Positions 40,823 to 51,596 of a stretch of DNA of 64,000 bases are shown here, piece after piece (the stretch's first letter is position 1; every line of letters begins with the position of its first letter). A model generated the notes under the pieces. The model made no database searches. It was not told the origin of the DNA and worked only from the letters and a program-made list of their open reading frames with translations. The translations under genes and the position numbers were made by a program. This DNA is from Nitrosopumilus sp. (lineage in GTDB: Archaea; Thermoproteota; Nitrososphaeria; Nitrososphaerales; Nitrosopumilaceae), in assembly GCA_965205675.1 (NCBI GenBank), contig OZ242186.1, positions 1,792,001 to 1,856,000 on the forward strand. The letters run 5' to 3'.

Positions 40823-41066
40823 AAATTCCAGTTATTTTTTCAATATGAAAAGCACCTAACTTCACACAAAAAGTCTCTAATTTAACACCCTGTTGAAAAG
40901 CTCCGGAGATTGAACAGTGTACAAATCTTATTGCTGGTAAGTGTCGAGGCTTTTATTTATCTGACTTTCTTCTATGGATCTGTTAAGTAATTAGTAGATA
41001 GTCTACAAATTTTCTTCCTGTTAAGGGTCGCTATCTGGTATTTTTTTAGGAATTGTCCAGTAATTC

Positions 41067-42385
41067 CAGTAGATGGGAAAGTAACTCAATTTAGATCAAA
41101 AACTATCAATCACTCAATCAATCTATTCAGATAGAAAAAGCTTGATGGAAGTATGTCACTCCATCAAATATGCATTGTACTTCATTTGATACCATGACAC
41201 ACCAAGGCGTGATACTATCTAAAGCATTTGAGATTATCACTAAAATAATGTACAATATCTTGTTGTTTCCGTGCTCTAGTAAAAATAACTCACGGTTCCA
41301 CAATGCTGATGCACACAATTCTATCATGTCATTGTGTTTGGGAAATTCATATTCTGAATCTGGATTAAAGAGACTGGCAATGGAATCAGATAATGCTTCT
41401 CCAACTGGTTCATGGTTGAGAAAAATCATATCAAAAATATCACAAAAAACAATGCAAATTCAATTACATCAGTCACTAGATAGTACAGTATCAAAATTAC
41501 AAGAACTGGGAGTATTGGAGCAACCAGTTACTGTAGCAATTGACAAACATCTAATCCCAAGATATGACAAATTGCCAAACCATTCTTTAATAAAATCAAA
41601 ATCAAAAAACAGTACTACTCATTTTGAGAGTTACTGCACCATGCAGTGCGTTGAAAAAAGAATCAGGGCTCAACTAGGTTGTTATCCTTTGTATGACAAC
41701 AAATCAAATGCCGATTTTGTGCGTAAAGTACTCTCTGATGGCATCAATAATGGAATCAAGATTAAACTATTGCTAGTGGATAGGGAGTTTTTCACAGCTG
41801 GAACAATTTCAGAAATAAAACAAAAGAATCTGAAATTTCTAATGCCTGCAAAAAAGAATTCTCGAATCAAAGATGCAATTGTACAATACGTTAATGGAGA
41901 TAGAAAGTCAATCTCGCCATACACAATAAAATCATCATCAGGACATGTAGAATCATTTAATCTAGTTATTCTGCCAAACAAAAATGCAAGAAAAAAATCA
42001 GATATTATTGATCAGTATGTTGTGTTTGCAACAAATATTTCACCAAAAGAAATATCATATAACATACAAAACATTCCAACTGATTACAAGAAACGTTGGG
42101 GGATTGAAACAGGCTATGCATGTGTGGGAAGGTTCAGACCAAAAACCACCAGTTCAAACCAATCCATAAGATTGTTGTATTTTTACTATTCATTGATTTT
42201 GTACAATGCATGGATAATTGCTAATTTGATTATCTCAGAAGAAACTAATGTACAAAATCACAAACCAATAATATCAATTGAAATTCTCAAATATTTCTTT
42301 GTAAAGATAATTATTCATTATTTTAGAAATAACAAAAATAATTATTTTCTAGAATGTGTAACTTGAGTTACTTTCCCATCTACTG
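41067..42385 (+). mobile_element. ISH3-like IS, full length (transposase 41170-42366)
   Basis: 23-bp TIRs CAGTAGATGGGAAAGTAACTCAA; AID, DREF, RWGIETGY. Confidence 0.9.
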
Positions 42386-42926
42386 ACATTAGAGTTCATG
42401 GCGCACTAGACTTGGATAACATGGAGACACCATCTGATGCGTATCACTCTAAGATGATAACAAACGAAATACTCATAGACCCAAGTATTCTATGGAGGAA
42501 TTACTCATGAAAGTGACACGAAATAATTTTTGGAAAGAACAATGAATGTCTTTGGATGATCACTTTTATAAGATTATAACTTTTTTCAAAAACAGGTATT
42601 TTTTCTGGATGAGATCAATCATTGGTAGAATACTTGACAACATAACGAGTTGAACTTGTCGGTCTATTAATCCCCAAATTAGTTCATTCATCATTTCCAG
42701 ACTAAAGTCAAGATACGTTTGGAAAAGAGGAAATAATTACAGAGTCATGCAAAAACTAGATCTAATCCAAGTATCATGAATAAACAAGTCAAAATGAACG
42801 AAAGTTATTGGTGAGCAAACAGGAAGAAAATACGATATGAAATAAGGGACGAACTGATTTTGGGATATAAGATAATATTAGTAAAAAGTATAAAAAACAT
42901 AATCAAGCAAATTTCAATGAACTAGA

Positions 42927-43808
42927 ATGATGTTAAATTACGATGCGCCACTATATAGACCACCTTCAGAATCTAAATCATTGATTTTTCAAGTAACACT
43001 AGGTTGTTCATTTAATGAATGTTCATTTTGTGACATGTATAGATCAAAAGAATATTCTGAAAGATCATGGGAAGATGTCAGAGCGGAAATTGACATGATG
43101 GCAGGGTATCTCCCAGATACTAGAAGGATATTTCTTGCAGATGGAGATGCATTAAATCTTGATTCAGAATATATAATCAAAATTGTAAAATATATTAGAG
43201 AAAAATTCCAAAACATTGAAAGAATTTCTTGTTATGCAATGCCTATGAATATTCTAAAGAAGACATCTGAAGAATTAAAGAAAATGAATGAAGCAGGACT
43301 TGATATGTTTTATTTAGGAATTGAAAGTGGTTCAGATATTGTGCTAAAAAAAGTAACAAAAGGTGCAATATCTAAAACAATTATCAAATCAGTAAACAAG
43401 GCAAAAGAAGCAGGATATGTCATGTCTTGTATGGTAATTTTAGGATTAGGTGGTAAAACATATTCAAAAGATCATATCAAAGGAACTGCAGAAGTACTTA
43501 GTGCATGTTCTCCAAATTATGTAGGTGCTTTGACATTATACTTGGAGAATGGAATAAAAAAAGAATTCATCGATAAATACGAAGGTGAATTTGTTAAAAT
43601 TAATGATGATGAATCACTAGAGGAACTATATGATTTGATTAATCAAATTGAAACTAGAGAAGAAATAATCTTTAGAGTAAATCATGGTTCTAATGCATAT
43701 ACCATAAAAGGTACATTTCCTCAAGATAAACAAGAAATGTTAGAGAAAGTAGAATGGATGAAACAGCATCCAGAGATTGTACGCCCACAAGGGTTACGAG
43801 GATTCTAA
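42927..43808 (+). CDS. radical SAM protein
   Basis: YRPPSE, CSFNECSFC (CxxxCxxC), GIESG. Confidence 0.92.
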   Translation: MMLNYDAPLYRPPSESKSLIFQVTLGCSFNECSFCDMYRSKEYSERSWEDVRAEIDMMAGYLPDTRRIFLADGDALNLDSEYIIKIVKYIREKFQNIERISCYAMPMNILKKTSEELKKMNEAGLDMFYLGIESGSDIVLKKVTKGAISKTIIKSVNKAKEAGYVMSCMVILGLGGKTYSKDHIKGTAEVLSACSPNYVGALTLYLENGIKKEFIDKYEGEFVKINDDESLEELYDLINQIETREEIIFRVNHGSNAYTIKGTFPQDKQEMLEKVEWMKQHPEIVRPQGLRGF

Positions 43809-44256
43809 ATTAGATTTTCTTGGTACATATACACCACTTTGAATATTCTAACTGAATAATCCCCATCAGATATTTTCATTGTGATATCATTTTCAGAATT
43901 TAATGCTCTAAGTTTATGCTCATAACTTCCATTTGAATTAATATTAGTTTGAGTAAAATGGACAGGATCATTTCCTTTGAAAATTTGAATTATCACAGGA
44001 TAGCCTGTAACCTGATTTGCAATTTTTCCTTCAACGTACATCAAGGTAATGTATTGTTTTTAGAAGAATAAAAATAAATTGTTGATTTTTCAAGACCTAT
44101 TACTCCAGATGATGGATGAATTTTAGTTTTATATTCATGAGTGTGATCATTAATTAGAACTTGACCTGAATGTGGATAAGCAAGAACATCATCTATTGAA
44201 AATGAGAAAACAAAAAGCATAGCAAAAACGCTTAAAAATAAAACTAGATTATTCAT
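43805..44256 (-). pseudogene. exported hypothetical protein split by a frameshift near 44042
   Basis: ORFs 44041-44256 (signal peptide) and 43805-44044 read as one protein. Confidence 0.55.
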
Positions 44257-44296
44257 ATCAAAATCTCATATTATAATGGTTCAAAATTTTTTCAAA

Positions 44297-44548
44297 TCAT
44301 AAATTATCAATTACTGATTTGAGATGATCCGGAAGATCCGATAGTTCAGTATGGCTTTCGTTGTTTTGGAGAATTTCAGGACCGATTCGTCTAACACGTT
44401 GAGTTCCAAGAAGGGTATCAATATTTCTCTGAATATCTTTTTCAGACAATATAGCCTTTAGTTTTTCAATAATAATTGCTTCATTTTCATATTTTTTTAT
44501 TCCATATTGAACAAGAATTGTTTTCTCTTCGGAGGAAAATTCAGTCAT
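44297..44548 (-). CDS. small hypothetical protein
   Basis: 83-aa ORF with ATG start. Confidence 0.65.
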   Translation of the reverse strand: MTEFSSEEKTILVQYGIKKYENEAIIIEKLKAILSEKDIQRNIDTLLGTQRVRRIGPEILQNNESHTELSDLPDHLKSVIDNL

Positions 44549-44639
44549 AAATTTGATGAGTAATTTATGACTAATAATCTTTGGTTAATCAAAACTTTGT
44601 TTCCTAATTCCACTTTACATGTTTACTCTATAAACAAAT

Positions 44640-45270
44640 CATTATCTAGTTCTGATTCGGCTTGTGCTCCATTGCATCATCATCAAGTTGTATATCATTA
44701 CCTTGAATTTTATCTCTCTTGCCACATTACACCAAACTCTGACTGAAATGTTCTCTCCAAGAATTCTTTTCCATGTGGAGAATGTAACTTCTCCAGACCA
44801 ATGTCTACCATAACCTATACATCATTTTTCCATTTGTTTCTATTTCGTATCTTTTGCTCATCTGTTAAATCATTAAACATTTTGATGTTCTTTTTATTTA
44901 TCTCATAATTGCCAAGCTAAATCAATCCTTGCTTCTTTCTTGCAGTACTGTCCTTTGCCTTACCTGAAAAATTCTTTCTTGTTGGAACAATTGGAATTAC
45001 ATTTCTCTTTTTACACTTCAAAATTATCATTAGAACATATGCACCACCACATCCAACTAGTAATTCTTTAGATTTTTTCACATTAGGAGAATTCCCTGTG
45101 TTTTGTAACGCTTCAACAAGTAATTTTTTGAATTCTGGGGCAATCACCACAAGAGTCATCAGTTGCAGATACTGCGTAAATTTTCTTGGCTTTGGAATCT
45201 ATCATCACATGCAACTTTATGAACCTATGTTTAATGTTCCACTTGTTGCCCATCCGATCTCCTCTGCTTA
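44640..45270 (-). pseudogene. degraded IS5-family transposase
   Basis: KLHV-like, G.GAY, IVPTRKN and GRHWSGE..FSTWKR fragments. Confidence 0.55.
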
Positions 45271-45278
45271 GTTAAAAT

Positions 45279-45794
45279 ATGATGAATTGTAAAACAACCT
45301 ACTTGGTAAGTAAATTACAATTAATCTCAAATATTCTTGGAACAAAAAGATACGCATCTATTGCGATATTCACAGGTACAGGACTAGGAATAATTTATTA
45401 TTTCTTGACAATGTCATTACTGCCAATTCATTTAGATACAACAATGAAATTAATACCTTTTTACATTACTGCATCAATTGGACTCACAATAATAATCTCA
45501 GCATTAGCTGGCATTAATTTCGCAATGATGGCATTTAAAATGAAGAGAATGAAAATGATGAATTCGGGAAAAGTAAATTCTTCAGCTGTGTTAGGAGGAG
45601 TGTTTGCTGCATTTACTCCAGGATGTCCAGCTTGTACTGCACCACTAGTAGTAGTTTTAGGTGCAGTTGGGGGATTATCATTATTTCCAATGGGAGGATT
45701 AGAGCTAAAATTCATTTCAGTAGGAGTCTTGATTTTTTCGATTTGGTGGATCGTACGAGGATTGCAAAATAAAAGTTGCTGTAAGATTGGATAA
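45279..45794 (+). CDS. membrane protein with CPAC motif (possible metal transport)
   Basis: 4 TM segments, GCPAC, C-terminal CC. Confidence 0.7.
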   Translation: MMNCKTTYLVSKLQLISNILGTKRYASIAIFTGTGLGIIYYFLTMSLLPIHLDTTMKLIPFYITASIGLTIIISALAGINFAMMAFKMKRMKMMNSGKVNSSAVLGGVFAAFTPGCPACTAPLVVVLGAVGGLSLFPMGGLELKFISVGVLIFSIWWIVRGLQNKSCCKIG

Positions 45795-46015
45795 AAGACA
45801 ATCTCTCTGGCAATACACATAGAATCACCAGTGTTCATGACTGTGATTTTTCCCCTCCGTTTGAATCCTCATAGTAGAAATTTACTTCAACAATGAAATA
45901 TGTAAATTAATACATGAAATGGCCACCACTCCATTGGACATTAGAATAATTTTTCAAATGATTTGTTTTCCAGTAAAAATAACTGCACATGTAGTTTTAT
46001 AGGAATCGTTGAATC

Positions 46016-46163
46016 AAAGAGAAAAAGAAGTTTGGGCGAAAGTTTGATTTGAGTCTTGAAGACCAGCTTGTAATGTTGTTTGTTTACTATCGGATGTACC
46101 TGACATGTGAATTGACAGGATATCTGTTTGGATTAGACCAGAGCAACGTCTACAGAAACATCA
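46016..46163 (+). pseudogene. internal fragment of the ISL2-like IS5 element
   Basis: Matches about 7386-7541. Confidence 0.75.
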
Positions 46164-46969
46164 ATATCTGCAATTTCTGATGCAATGACAAGCGAAGAAT
46201 AATGCCCAATTCCTGGAATCGAGTTTATCAAAATTGTATCAGGATTAACTTTTACAGCAGCATACACTTTGGAATTAATCTCTGCAATCTGTAAATTAAG
46301 GTGGACTGATTTGTTGCAAGAATCCGTCTATTCTGTAATCTCCTAGTGCCTTGAGTCTTCTGTTGTATGTTTCAGTGAATGTAACTCCTGGAATCTTGAT
46401 TCCTTCTTGTAACAATATTCCATGAACTGAATTCTTGACAGATGTTCTCCATTGGATTAGTTTTTTCCTATATCTTACGAGCTGTCTTTGTTGTACAATC
46501 TTTTTGTCTGGAACATAACATGTGGCAATATATCCTCCTCGCAAAAGATCTGCCAGTATCTTGGCATCAATCTTGTCTGTTTTCTTTTTTGATGCAGCAA
46601 TTGCTTTTGTCAGATATGGGTTTGAGAGTGTGACGTTTTTGTATCCCAAAGTATCTGTGAGAAATCGATACGTGTCATACCAGACTGATGAGGATTCCAT
46701 TATGATGTTTGCATGCATTGGTATTTTTGCAAAATGCTTTCTGATAGATTCGTGAGTGTTCTCAATTTTGTCATTTTGTGTTACTTTGTCTGTATCATCC
46801 ATTTATTACTTGAAGAAACTTCTTGTGCAGGTCAATGCCCACAAACATGCCTTTGTTTGGATTTTTTCTAATCTGTTTGTAATCTTTTTTGGAGAAGAGT
46901 ATTTACGAACCTTGGAACTAGACTCATTTTTTATGCTATCTGATTTCCTTGCTTTCTTATTCACATATA
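46164..46969 (-). pseudogene. IS110-family recombinase remnant with upstream non-coding segment
   Basis: MFVGIDLHKKF from about 46849, MESS, KKKTDKIDA, later SIPGIG-like segment; frameshifted and truncated. Confidence 0.8.
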
Positions 46970-48065
46970 TACCCCAGATCATAAGTCTTTTCAATTTATT
47001 GTTCTTGCAAAATACTGATACATATTCAAATTAAATTTGTGGGTTCTAAAATATTCCATAACTGTATGCCTCATTTCATGAATAGATTCATAAAATTCTG
47101 ATTCAACATTAACATGTTTGCACTGTCTCCAAATCTCTTCAATCATACTCAAATGTGGAGAACCTCTTGGAAGATATGCCAGTTTGACATCTTTGTTTTT
47201 ATGTAGATATTCTTTCATATCATTAGCTTTGTGTTGTGGCGCTCTATCGACGATAACAAATATTTTTCCAAATTTTCTACGAGCTGCTTGCAAATAATCT
47301 ATAAATTCAACTGAGTTAAATTTTTCATACGATCTAAAAAAACTTTGATTATCATCAGTCATCATTCCATAAACCAAAAATCTTTGGTGCGATCCTCTCC
47401 AACGTACAATTAATCTTTGGTGTGTATCTGTCCAGTATTTTTTACCAAGACGTACATCGTCTACAAATACAGACTCGTCTTGGATGAATACTGTAAAACC
47501 TTTCTTTTTTGCCTTTTCTATGCGTGAAATGATGCGGTTTTTCCACTTGCGGCATGTATCCTTGGATGCGGCACGTACATGTAGTTTTTGTGGAACCTTT
47601 GGTTTTAGATTCCATTTGTGCATCAAACGACGCACATGAGTGATATGATATGTGATGCGTGTTCTGTAAAATATGAATTGTGTCAGTTTTTTTGGAGTCA
47701 TGCCGTCTGAAATTTTCTTAAATGTACGCTCTATTTTTTGTAATTTTTTATGTGAAATTAATGGCGGACGGCCAGAACGAGGGAGATCCTCCAGGCCCTC
47801 TAGTCCGTATTTTTCAAATGAATCTAGCCAGTTCCTTACAGAATTGCAGGTACAAAACATTTGGTTGGCAGTTTCAGCAATTGTGGATTTATTGATTTTA
47901 ATCTTACACATTGCATGTAATCTTGTTTTTTTGTGAATATTTTTTTCTTTTTTGTAGGCCTGGAGTAACTCGTCATTTGTGATGCCCATGAAATTATTTC
48001 TAACTACTGATCAAAAAGTATTGCTATTTGTTTTGAAAAATTGCAAAGAATTATGCTCCGAGGTA
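46970..48065 (-). mobile_element. IS630-family element, intact (transposase 46991-47989, 332 aa)
   Basis: TA flanks, TIRs, uninterrupted HTH + DDE ORF. Confidence 0.93.
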
Positions 48066-48314
48066 TATGCAGATAGAAAAGTTCCAATTGAACCTTTATT
48101 TGAGTATCTCAAAGATATTTTTGACATCAGAGTATTGCCTGTAAAGGGATTGTACAATGTCAAATCATTTGTGTTGGTTTGTGTTCTTGTGTATAAGTTA
48201 ACAGTTTACTACAACTGTGCAATGGGTGCAGAGAATCCAAGAATTTTAAAGAGAATGCTGTGCTGTTAGGAAATCACTGCGAATTATTTTTGTAAATAAT
48301 TATGTCCAAGTCTC
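48066..48314 (+). pseudogene. DDE transposase C-terminal fragment and IS right end
   Basis: RKVPIEPLFEYLKDIF...KRMLCC; end TTATGTCCAAGTCTCA like the one ending at 18955. Confidence 0.7.
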
Positions 48315-48384
48315 AAGTAATTATTGAAATGAGGTTTTTGTACCACACTAAACCCTTAAAATGGTAATTAATTGCAAAGTTTTT

Positions 48385-48459
48385 GGGCCTATAGCTCAGC
48401 ATGGATAGAGTGTTGGACTTCTAATCCAATGGTCAAGGGATCGAAGCCCTTTGGGCCCA
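48385..48459 (+). tRNA. tRNA-Arg(TCT)
   Basis: GGGCCTA/TGGGCCC acceptor, TTGGA-CTTCTAA-TCCAA anticodon arm. Confidence 0.93.
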
Positions 48460-48498
48460 CTTAACAAAATTATTATTCTGATTTAAAGATAAAATTTT

Positions 48499-48849
48499 AT
48501 GAAAGACTTGGAATTTAAATTAAATTCAACAGAGATTCATCAAAATTCAGAGATTAAGGGGATCATATCAGTTTCATATCCAGGAAGGTATGATGGAATT
48601 GTGATAAATACAACAATTTCAGATTCAAATGAACATATAGTTTACAAATCATATAATGGAAAAAAAATATTACAAAATGTCTCGAGATTATTTATCAATA
48701 AAGACGTAATGCCTGATCATAAAGCAGAATTTACAGCATTAATTAATTTTGAACCAAAACAAGAATATGAAGTAAGATTTAGAGTATCAATTATAGAACA
48801 ACATAAAGAAATTGAAAGTCAGATAATTTTTGCCAGATATTCCAATTAG
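48499..48849 (+). CDS. hypothetical protein
   Basis: 116-aa beta-rich ORF. Confidence 0.7.
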   Translation: MKDLEFKLNSTEIHQNSEIKGIISVSYPGRYDGIVINTTISDSNEHIVYKSYNGKKILQNVSRLFINKDVMPDHKAEFTALINFEPKQEYEVRFRVSIIEQHKEIESQIIFARYSN

Positions 48850-48864
48850 AATAATTTTGAGATA

Positions 48865-49329
48865 TTAGATACCTCGGCTTAATTCCACAGTGATGGTTCC
48901 TTCCATCCACGGATGTGGTGTGCAATGATAATGAACCTCTTGGGCTTCAGTGAATAAGAATTCATAACTCTCACCAGGTTTTATTATTCCAATTGAACCA
49001 AATTCTCCACTATAGCTATCTTCATGACGATGATCTGGAGTTACAGTATGACCAGTTTCATCATTGTTTTTCCAAATTACTTTATTATCAGTACTCAGTG
49101 TTATTACAGGTTTATTTGGAACATAACTTTCGTTTCCATCAATTACAGCACCTTGAACAATTTCAATAATTAATTCAGATTCAGGATGTAAAATATGTTC
49201 AGATACAGAAGGTTTCGCTAAAGATTCAGGAAGATAAAATGATGTATAAAATATGACAGATGCAGACATTCCAATAATTAATGCAATCATGCCTATACCA
49301 TATGCATGACTGGATGTAGGCGCACTCAT
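48865..49329 (-). CDS. membrane-anchored plastocyanin-like blue copper protein of complex III
   Basis: HTVT, YHCTPHPWM; directly downstream of cytochrome b. Confidence 0.9.
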   Translation of the reverse strand: MSAPTSSHAYGIGMIALIIGMSASVIFYTSFYLPESLAKPSVSEHILHPESELIIEIVQGAVIDGNESYVPNKPVITLSTDNKVIWKNNDETGHTVTPDHRHEDSYSGEFGSIGIIKPGESYEFLFTEAQEVHYHCTPHPWMEGTITVELSRGI

Positions 49330-49381
49330 AATTTTTTCAATCGGTCAAGTTCTTATAAAGCTTCTTTAGAATTTTGAAAAA

Positions 49382-50974
49382 TTATGATTTGTTAAGATCG
49401 CTTTGACCAACATTTGGATTGGTATCAGCATTAACTCCCAAATCTGCTTGAGTTTTTGGTACTGGAATTTCAGATGCTAATTCTTTTGTTTTAGATGCAA
49501 CATCAGATATAGTTTCATCTTTTGAGAGTTTGCTTTCTTCAACAGGGACTTTGGGTTCTGCTAATTTTGGTTTTTCATCTACTACAGGCATAGGTGCAGG
49601 TGGAGGAGCATTCTTTTGCTGGCTCATTGCATATCTGTACACATGGAAGAATCCTGCAAACACTAACAAAATAACACCAACAAAGAACAATGAAACGTTC
49701 TTCATTCCTGTTAAAGCTGCATTGTAAGCTGCAATGTTTAAGAATACTTGGAAGGCCAAAAGTACAACTAATAACCAATTAATCCATTTTTCAGAAAGAT
49801 TAATTGTAGATACTTTTTGAGGGCCGTTACTTTTTGCAAGTTTAGATTTTCTTTCTGCTTCGTTTGCTAGTTTAATCATCATGTAGGTAAATCCAAATCC
49901 TAACGGAACAAGTAATATCATTGTTGAGTAGAAGAATATTGGATCAATTACCAAACGTTCTACTAAAGGTATCTTTGTATCTGATGGGATGTAGAATCCC
50001 CAATACGTAGTGACCATTATTTGTGCAAGACTGGTAATACCAAATGCAGTAATGATAGGTCTATCTCTCCAAGAGAATTTTTTGTATCTGTCAATAAACG
50101 GAATTAACACGAAGGATATAATGAACAACAACGGCCACAGTAATCCAGTTACAAACTTGTCATATTGTGTCCTCATGAATGCATAGATTCCTGTAAGATA
50201 CCATTCAGGAACTGTAACACCAGGTGCCTGTGTAGGTTCAAACTTGAATCCCAAGTCAATAGGAAAAACACCACCTGTAATCAAAATAGCACCACCAATA
50301 GCCATCACCATTGGTACATCAAATACCAAAAATCGTGGAAAGTGTACTGCCATTAATCCAAGCATAACAATCGGCAACAAGAACACATGTTGTGCATAAA
50401 ATCTTAACACAAAGTCGGAGAAACCACTACCTAACGCCGCATCACGAATAGTAGGACCCACTACAGGAATAGATGTTGTCAAAGACGCGGCAATACTAAT
50501 TGCAAGTTCTGCTCTTTCACTAAAAATTACATCATAACCAGTAAAAGCTTCAAGTATTGTAACAGTTCCAAGAATAACACCAGTCATCCATAAGACTTCA
50601 TTTCTAATTTTGTATCGTCCACTGAAATATTGATAATACATGTGAAGTACAGCTAGTAACACCATAGCATTTGAGCCATGATAGTGAATATTTCTAATAT
50701 GGAAGCCAAATGGAACGTCATCATTAATGAATTGAACACTATCCCAAGCTCTATCAAGAATTGGCTGATAGTAAAACATCAACAAAGCTCCCGATACTCC
50801 AAGAATAATGAATACAATGAACGTGAGCATTCCTAAAAATCCAAACGGACTTACAAATCTTGCAGGAAATGAAAATTTAATTGCAGTAAAAATAGTTCTA
50901 TCTACTCCATCCCAAAGCCAATAAAGGAATGCTACAACTCCGGTTCTTCTTTCAAGCGAAACGGCCATACCCAA
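49382..50974 (-). CDS. petB: cytochrome b/b6
   Basis: RNIHYHGSN, LHM, PEWY motif. Confidence 0.95.
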   Translation of the reverse strand: MGMAVSLERRTGVVAFLYWLWDGVDRTIFTAIKFSFPARFVSPFGFLGMLTFIVFIILGVSGALLMFYYQPILDRAWDSVQFINDDVPFGFHIRNIHYHGSNAMVLLAVLHMYYQYFSGRYKIRNEVLWMTGVILGTVTILEAFTGYDVIFSERAELAISIAASLTTSIPVVGPTIRDAALGSGFSDFVLRFYAQHVFLLPIVMLGLMAVHFPRFLVFDVPMVMAIGGAILITGGVFPIDLGFKFEPTQAPGVTVPEWYLTGIYAFMRTQYDKFVTGLLWPLLFIISFVLIPFIDRYKKFSWRDRPIITAFGITSLAQIMVTTYWGFYIPSDTKIPLVERLVIDPIFFYSTMILLVPLGFGFTYMMIKLANEAERKSKLAKSNGPQKVSTINLSEKWINWLLVVLLAFQVFLNIAAYNAALTGMKNVSLFFVGVILLVFAGFFHVYRYAMSQQKNAPPPAPMPVVDEKPKLAEPKVPVEESKLSKDETISDVASKTKELASEIPVPKTQADLGVNADTNPNVGQSDLNKS

Positions 50975-51554
50975 TTACTCCATTATCGTTTGTGTTAAAC
51001 TTTGGCGGCATAATAAACAAAGATCCATCAGAATCAAGATCTAAAGTTAATTGAGCTAATGTATTTGATGGTGGAGCTTGTACAGATGCTGGTCCTATAA
51101 ATGCCACACCAGTAGAAGGATCATACATACTACCATGACAAGGACATTCGCCTCTTTTTCGATTGTCTGCTGGATAATATTCCCATAAACACCAAAGATG
51201 CAAACATATCATGCTGTATGCTCTAACAGCAGTTAGATCATTTTTGGTACCACCTAATTCTTCAGGAAGTCTAATGAATTGCCATTTACGAAAAGCTTCT
51301 GCATCAAGTGCTGCATCACCAGTGGAAGGATAAGTGATGACTTCTGAATGGTTAATTGGAAAAGTGTTGATGTTGGCCTGAGACCCATCAGGTAAAATTA
51401 CAGGCACTCTTTCAAGGGAAGCCTGATTTGGATTTGGCATGAAATTACCAAATGGAACAAATGGTGCAAAAGCTAATCCTGTGCCTGCAGCGCCCATTAA
51501 TTTTAAAAAATCCCTTCTAGATAATCCAGATTTTTTTGCCCCCTGTTCATACAT
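50952..51554 (-). CDS. petC: Rieske Fe-S protein
   Basis: Tat motif SRRDFLK, CLHLWC, CPCHGS. Confidence 0.95.
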   Translation of the reverse strand: MYEQGAKKSGLSRRDFLKLMGAAGTGLAFAPFVPFGNFMPNPNQASLERVPVILPDGSQANINTFPINHSEVITYPSTGDAALDAEAFRKWQFIRLPEELGGTKNDLTAVRAYSMICLHLWCLWEYYPADNRKRGECPCHGSMYDPSTGVAFIGPASVQAPPSNTLAQLTLDLDSDGSLFIMPPKFNTNDNGVIGYGRFA

Positions 51555-51596
51555 TTAGCTGTCGTATTCGCCAAATTGCTTATAAACCTTGTTCAA

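Larger units (their letters stand above)
35040..40921. mobile_element. 5.9-kb unit transposon with 67-bp TIRs, IS6-like transposase and type III R-M cargo
   Basis: TACACTGTTCAATCTCCGGAGCTTTTCAAC..TGTTAAATTAGAGACTTTTTGTG..AAGTTAGG at 35040-35106 and its inverse at 40855-40921. Confidence 0.85.

Noticed and set aside
35040-40921. Casposon
   Set aside because: Has long TIRs but no Cas1-like casposase or family B polymerase.
42390-42880. Possible gene or IS remnant
   Set aside because: Looks like decayed coding DNA, but I could not identify a frame or motif with confidence.
47979-48269. 96-aa ORF as a real gene (also 18520-18900, 30626-30916)
   Set aside because: Chimeras of IS/MITE ends fused to transposase tails.
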